This document shows positions 44,101 to 59,400 of a stretch of DNA of 64,000 bases, piece by piece. Position numbers and translations under genes: made by a program. How positions within the stretch are numbered: position 1 is the stretch's first letter; the number at the start of each line of letters is the position of its first letter. This stretch comes from the human T2T-CHM13v2.0 reference genome, Homo sapiens. The stretch is from the NCBI RefSeq assembly GCF_009914755.1, contig NC_060939.1; one strand, 5' to 3'. The notes beneath the pieces are model-generated. The model saw only the letters and a program-made list of their open reading frames with translations, searched no databases and was not told the DNA's origin.

Positions 44101-46564
44101 TTCCGTTCCATCCGATTCCATTCCATTGTATTCCATTCAATTCCATTCCATTGCATTCCATTCGTTTCCATTCCATTCGAATTCATTCCACTCAAGTCCA
44201 TTCCATTCGAGTCCATTCCATTCGATATCATTCCATACTATTGAATTCCATTCGATTCCATTGTTTTCGAATAAATTCCAACCGAGACCATTCCTTTCGT
44301 GTCCATTCTATTTGACTGCATTCCATTTGAGTCCATTAAATTTCTGCACATTCCATTCCTTTCCATTGCATTCCATTCCATTCCTTTCGGTGCCATTCCA
44401 TTCCACTCTAATCCATTCAAGTCCATTCCATTTGAGTCCATTCCATTGATTCGATGCCATTACATTCAATTCTATTCCATTCGACTCCATTGCATTCCAT
44501 TCCCTTCCAAACGATTCCATTAGATTCCATTACTTTCTATTCCAATCCATTCCATTCCGTTCCATTCGTTTCCATTCCATTCGAGTCCACTCCATTCCAG
44601 TCCATTCCATTCGATTCCATTCCATTCCAGTCCATTCCATTCAAGTCCATTCCACTGCATTCCATTCCATTCGATATCCTTCGATAACACCCCATTCCAT
44701 TCTGCTCCTTAATATTCAATTCAATTCCATTCCATTTGATTCCATTCCATTTGATTACATTCCATTCGACTCCATTCCATTCGTCTCTATTCCATTCGAG
44801 TCCATTCCATTCCATTGCATTCCGTTCGAATCCCTATTCCATTCCATTTTGTTACTGTCCATTCCATTTGAGTCCATTCCATGACAAACCATTCCATTCG
44901 ATTCCATTCCAATAGATTCCATTGCACTCGAATCCAGTGCGTTCCATTCCATTGCTTTCCATTCTATTACATTCCATTGCATTACATTCCATTCCATTTG
45001 ATTGCATTCCATTCAATTCCATTAATTTCGAATCAATTACATTGCAATCCATTGCATTCGAGTTCTATTCCAGTCCATTGCATTCCGGTGCATGCCGTTC
45101 CATTCCATTCCATTCGCTTCCGTTCCATTCGAATCGATTGCATTGCAATGCTTTACATTCGAGTCCGTTTTATTCCAGTCCAATCCATTCCGGTCCATTC
45201 CGTTCGATTCCATTCCATTCGATGCCACTCCATACTATTGTATTTCATTCGATTCCATTCTATTCAAATAAATTCCATTCGAGACCATTCCTTTCGAGTC
45301 CATTCTATTTGAGTCCATTCCATTCGAGTCCATTATATTTGGGTCCATTCCATTCAATTCCATTGCAATCCATTCCATTCGATGTCACTCCATTCATTTC
45401 TATTCCATTAGAGTCCATGTCATTCGAGTCCATTCCATTCTATTCTATTCCACTCCATTCCATTCCATTCCACTCCATTCCATTCGTTGCCGTTCCATTC
45501 AATTCTATTATATTCCACTCCATTTACTTCCATTCCATTCCATTCCATTCCATTCTATCCAATTCCGTTCCATTCTATTCCTTTAAAGTCCATTCCATTC
45601 CATTCCATTCGTTTCCATTCCATTCGAGTAAAGTCCACTCCAGTCCTTTCCATTCGAGTCCATTCCTCTCCAGTCCATTCCGTTCAATCCATTCCATTCC
45701 AGTCCATTCCATTCGAGTCCGTTCCATTCCAGTCCATTCCATTCGAGTCAATTCCATTCCATTCGATATCTTTCCATAACGATCCATTCCATTCTATTCC
45801 TTTCGATTCCATTCAATTCCATTCTTTCTATTTCATTCCATTCGATTCCCTTCCATTGGACTCCTTTCCATTCGAGTGCATTCCATTCCGTTCCATTTCT
45901 TTCTGTTCTGTATGATTCCTACCGTTCGATTTCATTTTGTTCCAGTCTATTCCTTTCAAGTGCATTCCATTCCATTTCACTCCATTCGATTCCATTCCAC
46001 TCGATTCCACTCCGTTCCATTTCACTGCATTCCATTCTATTCAATTCTATTGCATTCCATTCCATTCCATTTGATTACATTCCATGCGATTCCATTCGAA
46101 TTCGAATCAATTACATTGAAATCCATTACTATTGAGTCCGTTTTATTCCAGTCCACTCCATTCTGCTCCATTCCATTTGATTCCATTCCATTCTATTCCA
46201 TTCCGTACAGTTGCATTCCATTGGATTCCATTCTATATCTATAAATGCAACTTGAGACCATTGCTTTTGAGTCCATTCTATATGATTCCATTCCATTCAA
46301 GTCCATTACATTTGGTTCAATTCCATTCCATTCCATTCCCTTCCATTCCATTCCATTTGATATCAATCCATACGATTCCATTCCATTCGAGCACATTCCA
46401 TTCGAGTCCATTCCATTCGATGCCATTCCATTTGATTCTATTCCATTAGACTCCATTCAATTCCATTAATCTCCATTCCATTCCATTCTACTCCAACTGA
46501 TTCCATTCCATTCTATTCCTTTCCATTCCATTCCATTCCATTCCATTCGCTTCCATTCCATTCG

Positions 46565-47409
46565 TGTCCATTCCACTCCAGTCCATTCCATTCGTGTCCA
46601 TTCCATTCCAGTCCATTCCATTTGTGTCCACTGCATTCCATTCCACTCCATTCCATATTATTCCATTACACTCCATTCCATTCTATTACTTTCATTTCCA
46701 TTCAGTTCCATTCCATTTGATTCCATTCCACTCGGTTTCACTCCATTTGAGTCCATTCCATTCCATTCCATTCCATTCCATTCCATTCTGTTCCATTCCA
46801 TTCCATTCCATTCCATTGGGTACCATTCCATATTGTTCCATTCGATTCCATTCGAATCCATTCCATTCCAGTCCATTCCATTCGATTCCATTCCATTCCA
46901 TTCGATTCCACTTGATTCCACTCCATTCCCTTCCACTGCATTCCATTCGATTCCATTCCATTGCATTGCATTCCATTCCATTGGATTGCATTCCATTCGA
47001 TTCCATTCCATTCGAATCAATTACATAGCAATCCATTACATTCGAGTCTGTTCTATTCCGTTCCATTCGATTTCGTTCCAATCCATTCGATTCCATTCCA
47101 TTCGATTCCATTCCATACTATTGCATTCCATTCGATTAAATTATACTCGAATAAATTCCATTCAAGACCATTTCTGTTGAGTCCATTCTACTTGAGTCCA
47201 TTCCCTTTGATTCCATAACATTTGAGTCCATTCAATTCCATTCCTTTCGTTTCCATTCCATTTGATGCCATTCCATTCAATTCTGTTCTACTCGACTCCA
47301 ATACATTCAATTCCATTCCATCCGATTCCATTACATTCTTTTCATTTCTTATCCATTTCAAGCCATTCCATTCCATTCCATTCCATTCCACTCGTTTGCT
47401 TTCCATTCG
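46565..47409 (+). repeat. Truncated ~845-bp unit (about 2.63 kb missing); junction near 47401-47410
   Basis: The MHCIPFHW anchor lies at 46961 and 47806 (845 bp apart). At 47391-47420 ctcgtttgctttccattcg continues as tgtccattccactccagtcc...cgtgtcc...tgtgtccactgc instead of the normal agtcc...cgaatccatttcac. Confidence 0.9.
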
Positions 47410-50400
47410 TGTCCATTCCACTCCAGTCCATTCCATTCGTGTCCATTCCATTCCAGTCCATTCCATTTGTGTCCACTGCATTCCATTCCACTCCATTCCG
47501 TATTAATCCATTACACTCCATTCCATTCTATTACTTTCATTTCCATTCAGTTCCATTCCATTTGATTCCATTCCACTCGGTTTCACTCCATTTGAGTCCA
47601 TTCCATTCCATTCCATTCCATTCCATTCCATTCTGTTCCATTCCATTCCATTCCATTCCATTGGGTACCATTCCATATTGTTCCATTCGATTCCATTCGA
47701 ATCCATTCCATTCCAGTCCATTCCATTAGATTCCATTCCATTCCATTCGATTCCACTTGATTCCACTCCATTCCCTTCCACTGCATTCCATTCGATTCCA
47801 TTCCATTGCATTGCATTCCATTCCATTGGATTGCATTCCATTCGATTCCATTCCATTCGAATCAATTACATAGCAATCCATTACATTCGAGTCTGTTCTA
47901 TTCCGTTCCATTCGATTTCGTTCCAATCCATTCGATTCCATTCCATTCGATTCCATTCCATACTTTTGCATTCCATTCGATTAAATTATACTCGAATAAA
48001 TTCCATTCAAGACCATTTCTGTTGAGTCCATTCTACTTGAGTCCATTCCCTTTGATTCCATAACATTTGAGTCCATTCAATTCCATTCCTTTCGTTTCCA
48101 TTCCATTTGATGCCATTCCATTCAATTCTGTTCTACTCGACTCCAATACATTCAATTCCATTCCATCCGATTCCATTACATTCTTTTCATTTCTTATCCA
48201 TTTCAAGCCATTCCATTCCATTCCATTCCATTCCACTCGTTTCCTTTCCATTCGAGTCCATTCCACTCCAGTCCATTCCATTCAAATCCATTTCACTCCA
48301 GTCCATTCCATTCGAATCCATTTCACTCCAGTCCGTTAAATTCGAGTACATTCCATTCCATTCTATTCAATGCCATTCCATTCGATTCTATTCCATTCGA
48401 CACCATTCCTTTCCATTCCGTTCCATCCGATTCCATTCCATTGTATTCCATTCAATTCCATTCCATTGCATTCCATTCGTTTCCATTCCATTCGAATTCA
48501 TTCCACTCAAGTCCATTCCATTCGAGTCCATTCCATTCGATATCATTCCATACTATTGAATTCCATTCGATTCCATTGTTTTCAAATAAATTCCAACCGA
48601 GACCATTCCTTTCGTGTCCATTCTATTTGACTGCATTCCATTTGAGTCCATTAAATTTCTGCACATTCCATTCCTTTCCATTCCATTCCATTCCATTCCA
48701 TTCCTTTCGGTGCCATTCCATTCCACTCTAATCCATTCAAGTCCATTCCATTTGAGTCCATTCCATTGATTCGATGCCATTACATTCAATTCTATTCCAT
48801 TCGACTCCATTGCATTCCATTCCCTTCCAAACGATTCCATTCCATTCTATTACTTTCTATTCCAATCCATTCCATTCCGTTCCATTCGTTTCCATTCCAT
48901 TCGAGTCCACTCCATTCCAGTCCATTCCATTCGATTCCATTCCATTCCAGTCCATTCCATTCAAGTCCATTCCACTGCATTCCATTCCATTCGATATCCT
49001 TCGATAACACCCCATTCCATTCTGCTCCTTAATATTCAATTCAATTCCATTCCATTTGATTCCATTCCATTTGATTACATTCCATTCGACTCCATTCCAT
49101 TCGACTCTATTCCATTCGAGTCCATTCCATTCCATTCCATTGCATTCCGTTCGAATCCCTATTCCATTCCATTTTGTTACTGTCCATTCCATTTGAGTCC
49201 ATTCCATGACAAACCATTCCATTCGATTCCATTGCAATAGATTCCATTGCACTCGAATCCAGTGCGTTCCATTCCATTGCTTTCCATTCTATTACATTCC
49301 ATTGCATTACATTCCATTCCATTTGATTGCATTCCATTCAATTCCATTAATTTCGAATCAATTACATTGCAATCCATTGCATTCGAGTTCTATTCCAGTC
49401 CATTGCATTCCGGCGCATGCCGTTCCATTCCATTCCATTCGCTTCCGTTCCATTCGAATCGATTGCATTGCAATGCTTTACATTCGAGTCCGTTTTATTC
49501 CAGTCCAATCCATTCCGGTCCATTCCGTTCGATTCCATTCCATTCGATGCCACTCCATACTATTGTATTTCATTCGATTCCATTCTATTCAAATAAATTC
49601 CATTCGAGACCATTCCTTTCGAGTCCATTCTATTTGAGTCCATTCCATTCGAGTCCATTATATTTGGGTCCATTCCATTCAATTCCATTGCAATCCATTC
49701 CATTCGATGTCACTCCATTCATTTCTATTCCATTAGAGTCCATGTCATTCGAGTCCATTCCATTCTATTCTATTCCACTCCATTCCATTCCATTCCACTC
49801 CATTCCATTCGTTGCCGTTCCATTCAATTCTATTATATTCCACTCCATTTACTTCCATTCCATTCCATTCCATTCCATTCTATCCAATTCCGTTCCATTC
49901 TATTCCTTTAAAGTCCATTCCATTCCATTCCATTCGTTTCCATTCCATTCGAGTAAAGTCCACTCCAGTCCTTTCCATTCGAGTCCATTCCTCTCCAGTC
50001 CATTCCGTTCAATCCATTCCATTCCAGTCCATTCCATTCGAGTCCGTTCCATTCCAGTCCATTCCATTCGAGTCAATTCCATTCCATTCGATATCTTTCC
50101 ATAACGATCCATTCCATTCTATTCCTTTCGATTCCATTCAATTCCATTCTTTCTATTTCATTCCATTCGATTCCCTTCCATTGGACTCCTTTCCATTCGA
50201 GTGCATTCCATTCCGTTCCATTTCTTTCTGTTCTGTATGATTCCTACCGTTCGATTTCATTTTGTTCCAGTCTATTCCTTTCAAGTGCATTCCATTCCAT
50301 TTCACTCCATTCGATTCCATTCCACTCGATTCCACTCCGTTCCATTTCACTGCATTCCATTCTATTCAATTCTATTGCATTCCATTCCATTCCATTTGAT

Positions 50401-53400
50401 TACATTCCATGCGATTCCATTCGAATTCGAATCAATTACATTGAAATCCATTACTATTGAGTCCGTTTTATTCCAGTCCACTCCATTCTGCTCCATTCCA
50501 TTTGATTCCATTCCATTCTATTCCATTCCGTACAGTTGCATTCCATTGGATTCCATTCTATATCTATAAATGCAACTTGAGACCATTGCTTTTGAGTCCA
50601 TTCTATATGATTCCATTCCATTCAAGTCCATTACATTTGGTTCAATTCCATTCCATTCCATTCCCTTCCATTCCATTCCATTTGATATCAATCCATACGA
50701 TTCCATTCCATTCGAGCACATTCCATTCGAGTCCATTCCATTCGATGCCATTCCATTTGATTCTATTCCATTAGACTCCATTCAATTCCATTAATCTCCA
50801 TTCCATTCCATTCTACTCCAACTGATTCCATTCCATTCTATTCCTTTCCATTCCATTCCATTCCATTCCATTCGCTTCCATTCCATTCGTGTCCATTCCA
50901 CTCCAGTCCATTCCATTCGTGTCCATTCCATTCCAGTCCATTCCATTTGTGTCCACTGCATTCCATTCCACTCCATTCCATATTATTCCATTACACTCCA
51001 TTCCATTCTATTACTTTCATTTCCATTCAGTTCCATTCCATTTGATTCCATTCCACTCGGTTTCACTCCATTTGAGTCCATTCCATTCCATTCCATTCCA
51101 TTCCATTCCATTCTGTTCCATTCCATTCCATTCCATTCCATTGGGTACCATTCCATATTGTTCCATTCGATTCCATTCGAATCCATTCCATTCCAGTCCA
51201 TTCCATTCGATTCCATTCCATTCCATTCGATTCCACTTGATTCCACTCCATTCCCTTCCACTGCATTCCATTCGATTCCATTCCATTGCATTGCATTCCA
51301 TTCCATTGGATTGCATTCCATTCGATTCCATTCCATTCGAATCAATTACATAGCAATCCATTACATTCGAGTCTGTTCTATTCCGTTCCATTCGATTTCG
51401 TTCCAATCCATTCGATTCCATTCCATTCGATTCCATTCCATACTATTGCATTCCATTCGATTAAATTATACTCGAATAAATTCCATTCAAGACCATTTCT
51501 GTTGAGTCCATTCTACTTGAGTCCATTCCCTTTGATTCCATAACATTTGAGTCCATTCAATTCCATTCCTTTCGTTTCCATTCCATTTGATGCCATTCCA
51601 TTCAATTCTGTTCTACTCGACTCCAATACATTCAATTCCATTCCATCCGATTCCATTACATTCTTTTCATTTCTTATCCATTTCAAGCCATTCCATTCCA
51701 TTCCATTCCATTCCACTCGTTTGCTTTCCATTCGAGTCCATTCCACTCCAGTCCATTCCATTCGAATCCATTTCACTCCAGTCCATTCCATTCGAATCCA
51801 TTTCACTCCAGTCCATTAAATTCGAGTACATTCCATTCCATTCTATTCAATGCCATTCCATTCGATTCTATTCCATTCGACACCATTCCTTTCCATTCCG
51901 TTCCATCCGATTCCATTCCATTGTATTCCATTCAATTCCATTCCATTGCATTCCATTCGTTTCCATTCCATTCGAATTCATTCCACTCAAGTCCATTCCA
52001 TTCGAGTCCATTCCATTCGATATCATTCCATACTATTGAATTCCATTCGATTCCATTGTTTTCGAATAAATTCCAACCGAGACCATTCCTTTCGTGTCCA
52101 TTCTATTTGACTGCATTCCATTTGAGTCCATTAAATTTCTGCACATTCCATTCCTTTCCATTCCATTCCATTCCATTCCTTTCGGTGCCATTCCATTCCA
52201 CTCTAATCCATTCAAGTCCATTCCATTTGAGTCCATTCCATTGATTCGATGCCATTACATTCAATTCTATTCCATTCGACTCCATTGCATTCCATTCCCT
52301 TCCAAACGATTCCATTAGATTCTATTACTTTCTATTCCAATCCATTCCATTCCGTTCCATTCGTTTCCATTGCATTCGAGTCCACTCCATTCCAGTCCAT
52401 TCCATTCGATTCCATTCCATTCCAGTCCATTCCATTCAAGTCCATTCCACTGCATTCCATTCCATTCGATATCCTTCGATAACACCCCATTCCATTCTGC
52501 TCCTTAATATTCAATTCAATTCCATTCCATTTGATTCCATTCCATTTGATTACATTCCATTCGACTCCATTCCATTCGACTCTATTCCATTCGAGTCCAT
52601 TCCATTCCATTCCATTGCATTCCGTTCGAATCCCTATTCCATTCCATTTTGTTACTGTCCATTCCATTTGAGTCCATTCCATGACAAACCATTCCATTCG
52701 ATTCCATTCCAATAGATTCCATTGCACTCGAATCCAGTGCGTTCCATTCCATTGCTTTCCATTCTATTACATTCCATTGCATTACATTCCATTCCATTTG
52801 ATTGCATTCCATTCAATTCCATTAATTTCGAATCAATTACATTGCAATCCATTGCATTCGAGTTCTATTCCAGTCCATTGCATTCCGGCGCATGCCGTTC
52901 CATTCCATTCCATTCGCTTCCGTTCCATTCGAATCGATTGCATTGCAATGCTTTACATTCGAGTCCGTTTTATTCCAGTCCAATCCATTCCGGTCCATTC
53001 CGTTCGATTCCATTCCATTCGATGCCACTCCATACTATTGTATTTCATTCGATTCCATTCTATTCAAATAAATTCCATTCGAGACCATTCGTTTCGAGTC
53101 CATTCTATTTGAGTCCATTCCATTCGAGTCCATTATATTTGGGTCCATTCCATTCAATTCCATTGCAATCCATTCCATTCGATGTCACTCCATTCATTTC
53201 TATTCCATTAGAGTCCATGTCATTCGAGTCCATTCCATTCTATTCTATTCCACTCCATTTCATTCCATTCCACTCCATTCCATTCGTTGCCGTCCCATTC
53301 AATTCTATTATATTCCACTCCATTTACTTCCATTCCATTCCATTCCATTCCATTCTATCCATTTCCGTTCCATTCTATTCCTTTAAAGTCCATTCCATTC

Positions 53401-56400
53401 CATTCCATTCGTTTCCATTCCATTCGAGTAAAGTCCACTCCAGTCCTTTCCATTCGAGTCCATTCCTCTCCAGTCCATTCCGTTCAATCCATTCCATTCC
53501 AGTCCATTCCATTCGAGTCCGTTCCATTCCAGTCCATTCCATTCGAGTCAATTCCATTCCATTCGATATCTTTCCATAACGATCCATTCCATTCTATTCC
53601 TTTCGATTCCATTCAATTCCATTCTTTCTATTTCATTCCATTCGATTCCCTTCCATTGGACTCCTTTCCATTCGAGTGCATTCCATTCCGTTCCATTTCT
53701 TTCTGTTCTGTATGATTCCTACCGTTCGATTTCATTTTGTTCCAGTCTATTCCTTTCAAGTGCATTCCATTCCATTTCACTCCATTCGATTCCATTCCAC
53801 TCGATTTCACTCCGTTCCATTTCACTGCATTCCATTCTATTCAATTCTATTGCATTCCATTCCATTCCATTTGATTACATTCCATGCGATTCCATTCGAA
53901 TTCGAATCAATTACATTGAAATCCATTACTATTGAGTCCGTTTTATTCCAGTCCACTCCATTCTGCTCCATTCCATTTGATTCCATTCCATTCTATTCCA
54001 TTCCGTACAGTTGCATTCCATTGGATTCCATTCTATATCTATAAATGCAACTTGAGACCATTGCTTTTGAGTCCATTCTATATGATTCCATTCCATTCAA
54101 GTCCATTACATTTGGTTCAATTCCATTCCATTCCATTCCCTTCCATTCCATTCCATTTGATATCAATCCATACGATTCCATTCCATTCGAGCACATTCCA
54201 TTCGAGTCCATTCCATTCGATGCCATTCCATTTGATTCTATTCCATTAGACTCCATTCAATTCCATTAATCTCCATTCCATTCCATTCTACTCCAACTGA
54301 TTCCATTCCATTCTATTCCTTTCCATTCCATTCCATTCCATTCGCTTCCATTCCATTCGTGTCCATTCCACTCCAGTCCATTCCATTCGTGTCCATTCCA
54401 TTCCAGTCCATTCCATTTGTGTCCACTGCATTCCATTCCACTCCATTCCGTATTAATCCATTACACTCCATTCAATTCTATTACTTTCATTTCCATTCAG
54501 TTCCATTCCATTTGATTCCATTCCACTCGGTTTCACTCCATTTGAGTCCATTCCATTCCATTCCATTCCATTCCATTCCATTCCATTCCATTCTGTTCCA
54601 TTCCATTCCATTCCATTCCATTGGGTACCATTCCATATTGTTCCATTCGATTCCATTCGAATCCATTCCATTCCAGTCCATTCCATTCGATTCCATTCCA
54701 TTCCATTCGATTCCACTTGATTCCATTCCATTCCCTTCCACTGCATTCCATTCGATTCCATTCCATTGCATTGCACTCCATTCGATTCCATTCCATTCGA
54801 ATCAATTACATAGCAATCCATTACATTCGAGTCTGTTCTATTCCGTTCCATTCGATTTCGTTCCAATCCATTCGATTCCATTCCATTCGATTCCATTCCA
54901 TACTATTGCATTCCATTCGATTAAATTATACTCGAATAAATTCCATTCAAGACCATTTCTGTTGAGTCCATTCTACTTGAGTCCATTCCCTTTGATTCCA
55001 TAACATTTGAGTCCATTCAATTCCATTCCTTTCGTTTCCATTCCATTTGATGCCATTCCATTCAATTCTGTTCTACTCGACTCCAATACATTCAATTCCA
55101 TTCCATCCGATTCCATTACATTCTTTTCATTTCTTAATCATTTCAAGCCATTCCATTCCATTCCATTCCATTCCACTCGTTTCCTTTCCATTCGAGTCCA
55201 TTCAACTCCAGTCCATTCCATTCGAATCCATTTCACTCCAGTCCATTCCATTCGAATCCATTTCACTCCAGTCCATTAAATTCGAGTACATTCCATTCCA
55301 TTCTATTCAATGTCATTCCATTCGATTCTATTCCATTCGACACCATTCCTTTCCATTCCGTTCCATCCGATTCCATTCCATTTTATTCCATTCAATTCCA
55401 TTCCATTGCATTCCATTCGTTTCCATTCCATTCGAATTCATTCCACTCAAGTCCATTCCATTCGAGTCCATTCCATTCGATATCATTCCATACTATAGAA
55501 TTCCATTCGATTCCATTGTTTTCGAATAAATTCCAACCGAGACCATTCCTTTCGTGTCCATTCTATTTGACTGCATTCCATTTGAGTCCATTAAATTTCT
55601 GCACATTCCATTCCTTTCCATTCCATTCCATTCCATTCCTTTCGGTGCCATTCCATTCCACTCTAATCCATTCAAGTCCATTCCATTTGAGTCCATTCCA
55701 TTGATTCGATGCCATTACATTCAATTCTATTCCATTCGACTCCATTGCATTCCATTCCCTTCCAAACGATTCCATTCCATTCTATTACTTTCTATTCCAA
55801 TCCATTCCATTCCGTTCCATTCGTTTCCATTCCATTCGAGTCCACTCCATTCCAGTCCATTCCATTCGATTCCATTCCATTCCAGTCCATTCCATTCAAG
55901 TCCATTCCACTGCATTCCATTCCATTCGATATCCTTCGATAACACCCCATTCCATTCTGCTCCTTAATATTCAATTCAATTCCATTCCATTTGATTCCAT
56001 TCCATTTGATTACATTCCATTCGACTCCATTCCATTCGACTCTATTCCATTCGAGTCCATTCCGTTCCATTCCATTGCATTCCGTTCGAATCCCTATTCC
56101 ATTCCATTTTGTTACTGTCCATTCCATTTGAGTCCATTCCATGACAAACCATTCCATTCGATTCAATTCCAATAGATTCCATTGCACTCGAATCCAGTGC
56201 GTTCCATTCCATTGCTTTCCATTCTATTACATTCCATTGCATTACATTCCATTCCATTTGATTGCATTCCATTCAATTCCATTAATTTCGAATCAATTAC
56301 ATTGCAATCCATTGCATTCGAGTTCTATTCCAGTCCATTGCATTCCGGCGCATGCCGTTCCATTCCATTCCATTCGCTTCCGTTCCATTCGAATCGATTG

Positions 56401-59400
56401 CATTGCAATGCTTTACATTCGAGTCCGTTTTATTCCAGTCCAATCCATTCCGGTCCATTCCGTTCGATTCCATTCCATTCGATGCCACTCCATACTATTG
56501 TATTTCATTCGATTCCATTCTATTCAAATAAATTCCATTCGAGACCATTCCTTTCGAGTCCATTCTATTTGAGTCCATTCCATTCGAGTCCATTATATTT
56601 GGGTCCATTCCATTCAATTCCATTGCAATCCATTCCATTCGATGTCACTCCATTCATTTCTATTCCATTAGAGTCCATGTCATTCGAGTCCATTCCATTC
56701 TATTCTATTCCACTCCATTCCATTCCATTCCACTCCATTCCATTCGTTGCCGTTCCATTCAATTCTATTATATTCCACTCCATTTACTTCCATTCCATTC
56801 CATTCCATTCCATTCTATCCAATTCCGTTCCATTCTATTCCTTTAAAGTCCATTCCATTCCATTCCATTCGTTTCCATTCCATTCGAGTAAAGTCCACTC
56901 CAGTCCTTTCCATTCGAGTCCATTCCTCTCCAGTCCATTCCGTTCAATCCATTCCATTCCAGACCATTCCATTCGAGTCCGTTCCATTCCAGTCCATTCC
57001 ATTCGAGTCAATTCCATTCCATTCGATATCTTTCCATAACGATCCATTCCATTCTATTCCTTTCGATTCCATTCAATTCCATTCTTTCTATTTCATTCCA
57101 TTCGATTCCCTTCCATTGGACTCCTTTCCATTCGAGTGCATTCCATTCCGTTCCATTTCTTTCTGTTCTGTATGATTCCTACCGTTCGATTTCATTTTGT
57201 TCCAGTCTATTCCTTTCAAGTGCATTCCATTCCATTTCACTCCATTCGATTCCATTCCACTCGATTCCACTCCGTTCCATTTCACTGCATTCCATTCTAT
57301 TCAATTCTATTGCATTCCATTCCATTCCATTTGATTACATTCCATGCGATTCCATTCGAATTCGAATCAATTACATTGAAATCCATTACTATTGAGTCCG
57401 TTTTATTCCAGTCCACTCCATTCTGCTCCATTCCATTTGATTCCATTCCATTCTATTCCATTCCGTACAGTTGCATTCCATTGGATTCCATTCTATATCT
57501 ATAAATGCAACTTGAGACCATTGCTTTTGAGTCCATTCTATATGATTCCATTCCATTCCAGTCCATTTCATTTGGTTCAATTCCATTCCATTCCATTCCC
57601 TTCCATTCCATTCCATTTGATATCAATCCATACGATTCCATTCCATTCGAGCACATTCCAATCGAGTCCATTCCATTCGATGCGATTCCATTTGATTCTA
57701 TTCCATTAGACTCCATTCAATTCCATTAATCTCCATTCCATTCCATTCTACTCCAACTGATTCCATTCCATTCTATTCCTTTCCATTCCATTCCATTCCA
57801 TTCCATTCTCTTCCATTCCATTCGTGTCCATTCCACTCCAGTCCATTCCATTCGTGTCCATTCCATTCCACTCCATTCCATTTGTGTCCACTGCATTCCA
57901 TTCCACTCCATTCCGTATTAATCCATTACACTCCATTCCATTCTATTACTTTCATTTCCATTCAGTTCCATTCCATTTGATTCCATTCCACTCGGTTTCA
58001 CTCCATTTGAGTCCATTCCATTCCATTCCATTCCATTCCATTCCATTCCATTCCATTCCATTCCATTCTGTTCCATTCCATTCCATTCCATTCCATTGGG
58101 TACCATTCCATATTGTTCCATTCGATTCCATTCGAATCCATTCCATTCCAGTCCATTCCATTAGATTCCATTCCATTCCATTCGATTCCACTTGATTCCA
58201 CTCCATTCCCTTCCACTGCATTCCATTCGATTCCATTCCATTGCATTGCATTCCATTCCATTGGATTGCATTCCATTCGATTCCATTCCATTCGAATCAA
58301 TTACATAGCAATCCATTACATTCGAGTCTGTTCTATTCCGTTCCATTCGATTTCGTTCCAATCCTTTCGATTCCATTCCATTCAATTCCATTCCATACTA
58401 TTGCATTCCATTCGATTAAATTATACTCGAATAAATTCCATTCAAGACCATTTCTGTTGAGTCCATTCTACTTGAGTCCATTCCCTTTGATTCCATAACA
58501 TTTGAGTCCATTCAATTCCATTCCTTTCGTTTCCATTCCATTTGATGCCATTCCATTCAATTCTGTTCTACTCGACTCCAATACATTCAATTCCATTCCA
58601 TCCGATTCCATTACATTCTTTTCATTTCTTATCCATTTCAAGCCATTCCATTCCATTCCATTCCATTCCACTCGTTTCCTTTCCATTCGAGTCCATTCCA
58701 CTCCAGTCCATTCCATTCGAATCCATTTCACTCCAGTCCATTCCATTCGAATCCATTTCACTCCAGTCCATTAAATTCGAGTACATTCCATTCCATTCTA
58801 TTCAATGCCATTCCATTTGATTCTATTCCATTCGACACCATTCCTTTCCATTCCGTTCCATCCGATTCCATTCCATTGTATTCCATTCAATTCCATTCCA
58901 TTGCATTCCATTCGTTTCCATTCCATTCGAATTCATTCCACTCAAGTCCATTCCATTCGAGTCCATTCCATTCGATATCATTCCATACTATTGAATTCCA
59001 TTCGATTCCATTGTTTTCGAATAAATTCCAACCGAGACCATTCCTTTCGTGTCCATTCTATTTGACTGCATTCCATTTGAGTCCATTAAATTTCTGCACA
59101 TTCCATTCCTTTCCATTCCATTCCATTCCATTCCATTCCTTTCGGTGCCATTCCATTCCACTCTAATCCATTCAAGTCCATTCCATTTGAGTCCATTCCA
59201 TTGATTCGATGCCATTACATTCAATTCTATTCCATTCGACTCCATTGCATTCCATTCCCTTCCAAACGATTCCATTCCATTCTATTACTTTCTATTCCAA
59301 TCCATTCCATTCCGTTCCATTCGTTTCCATTCCATTCGAGTCCACTCCATTCCAGTCCATTCCATTCGATTCCATTCCATTCCAGTCCATTCCATTCAAG

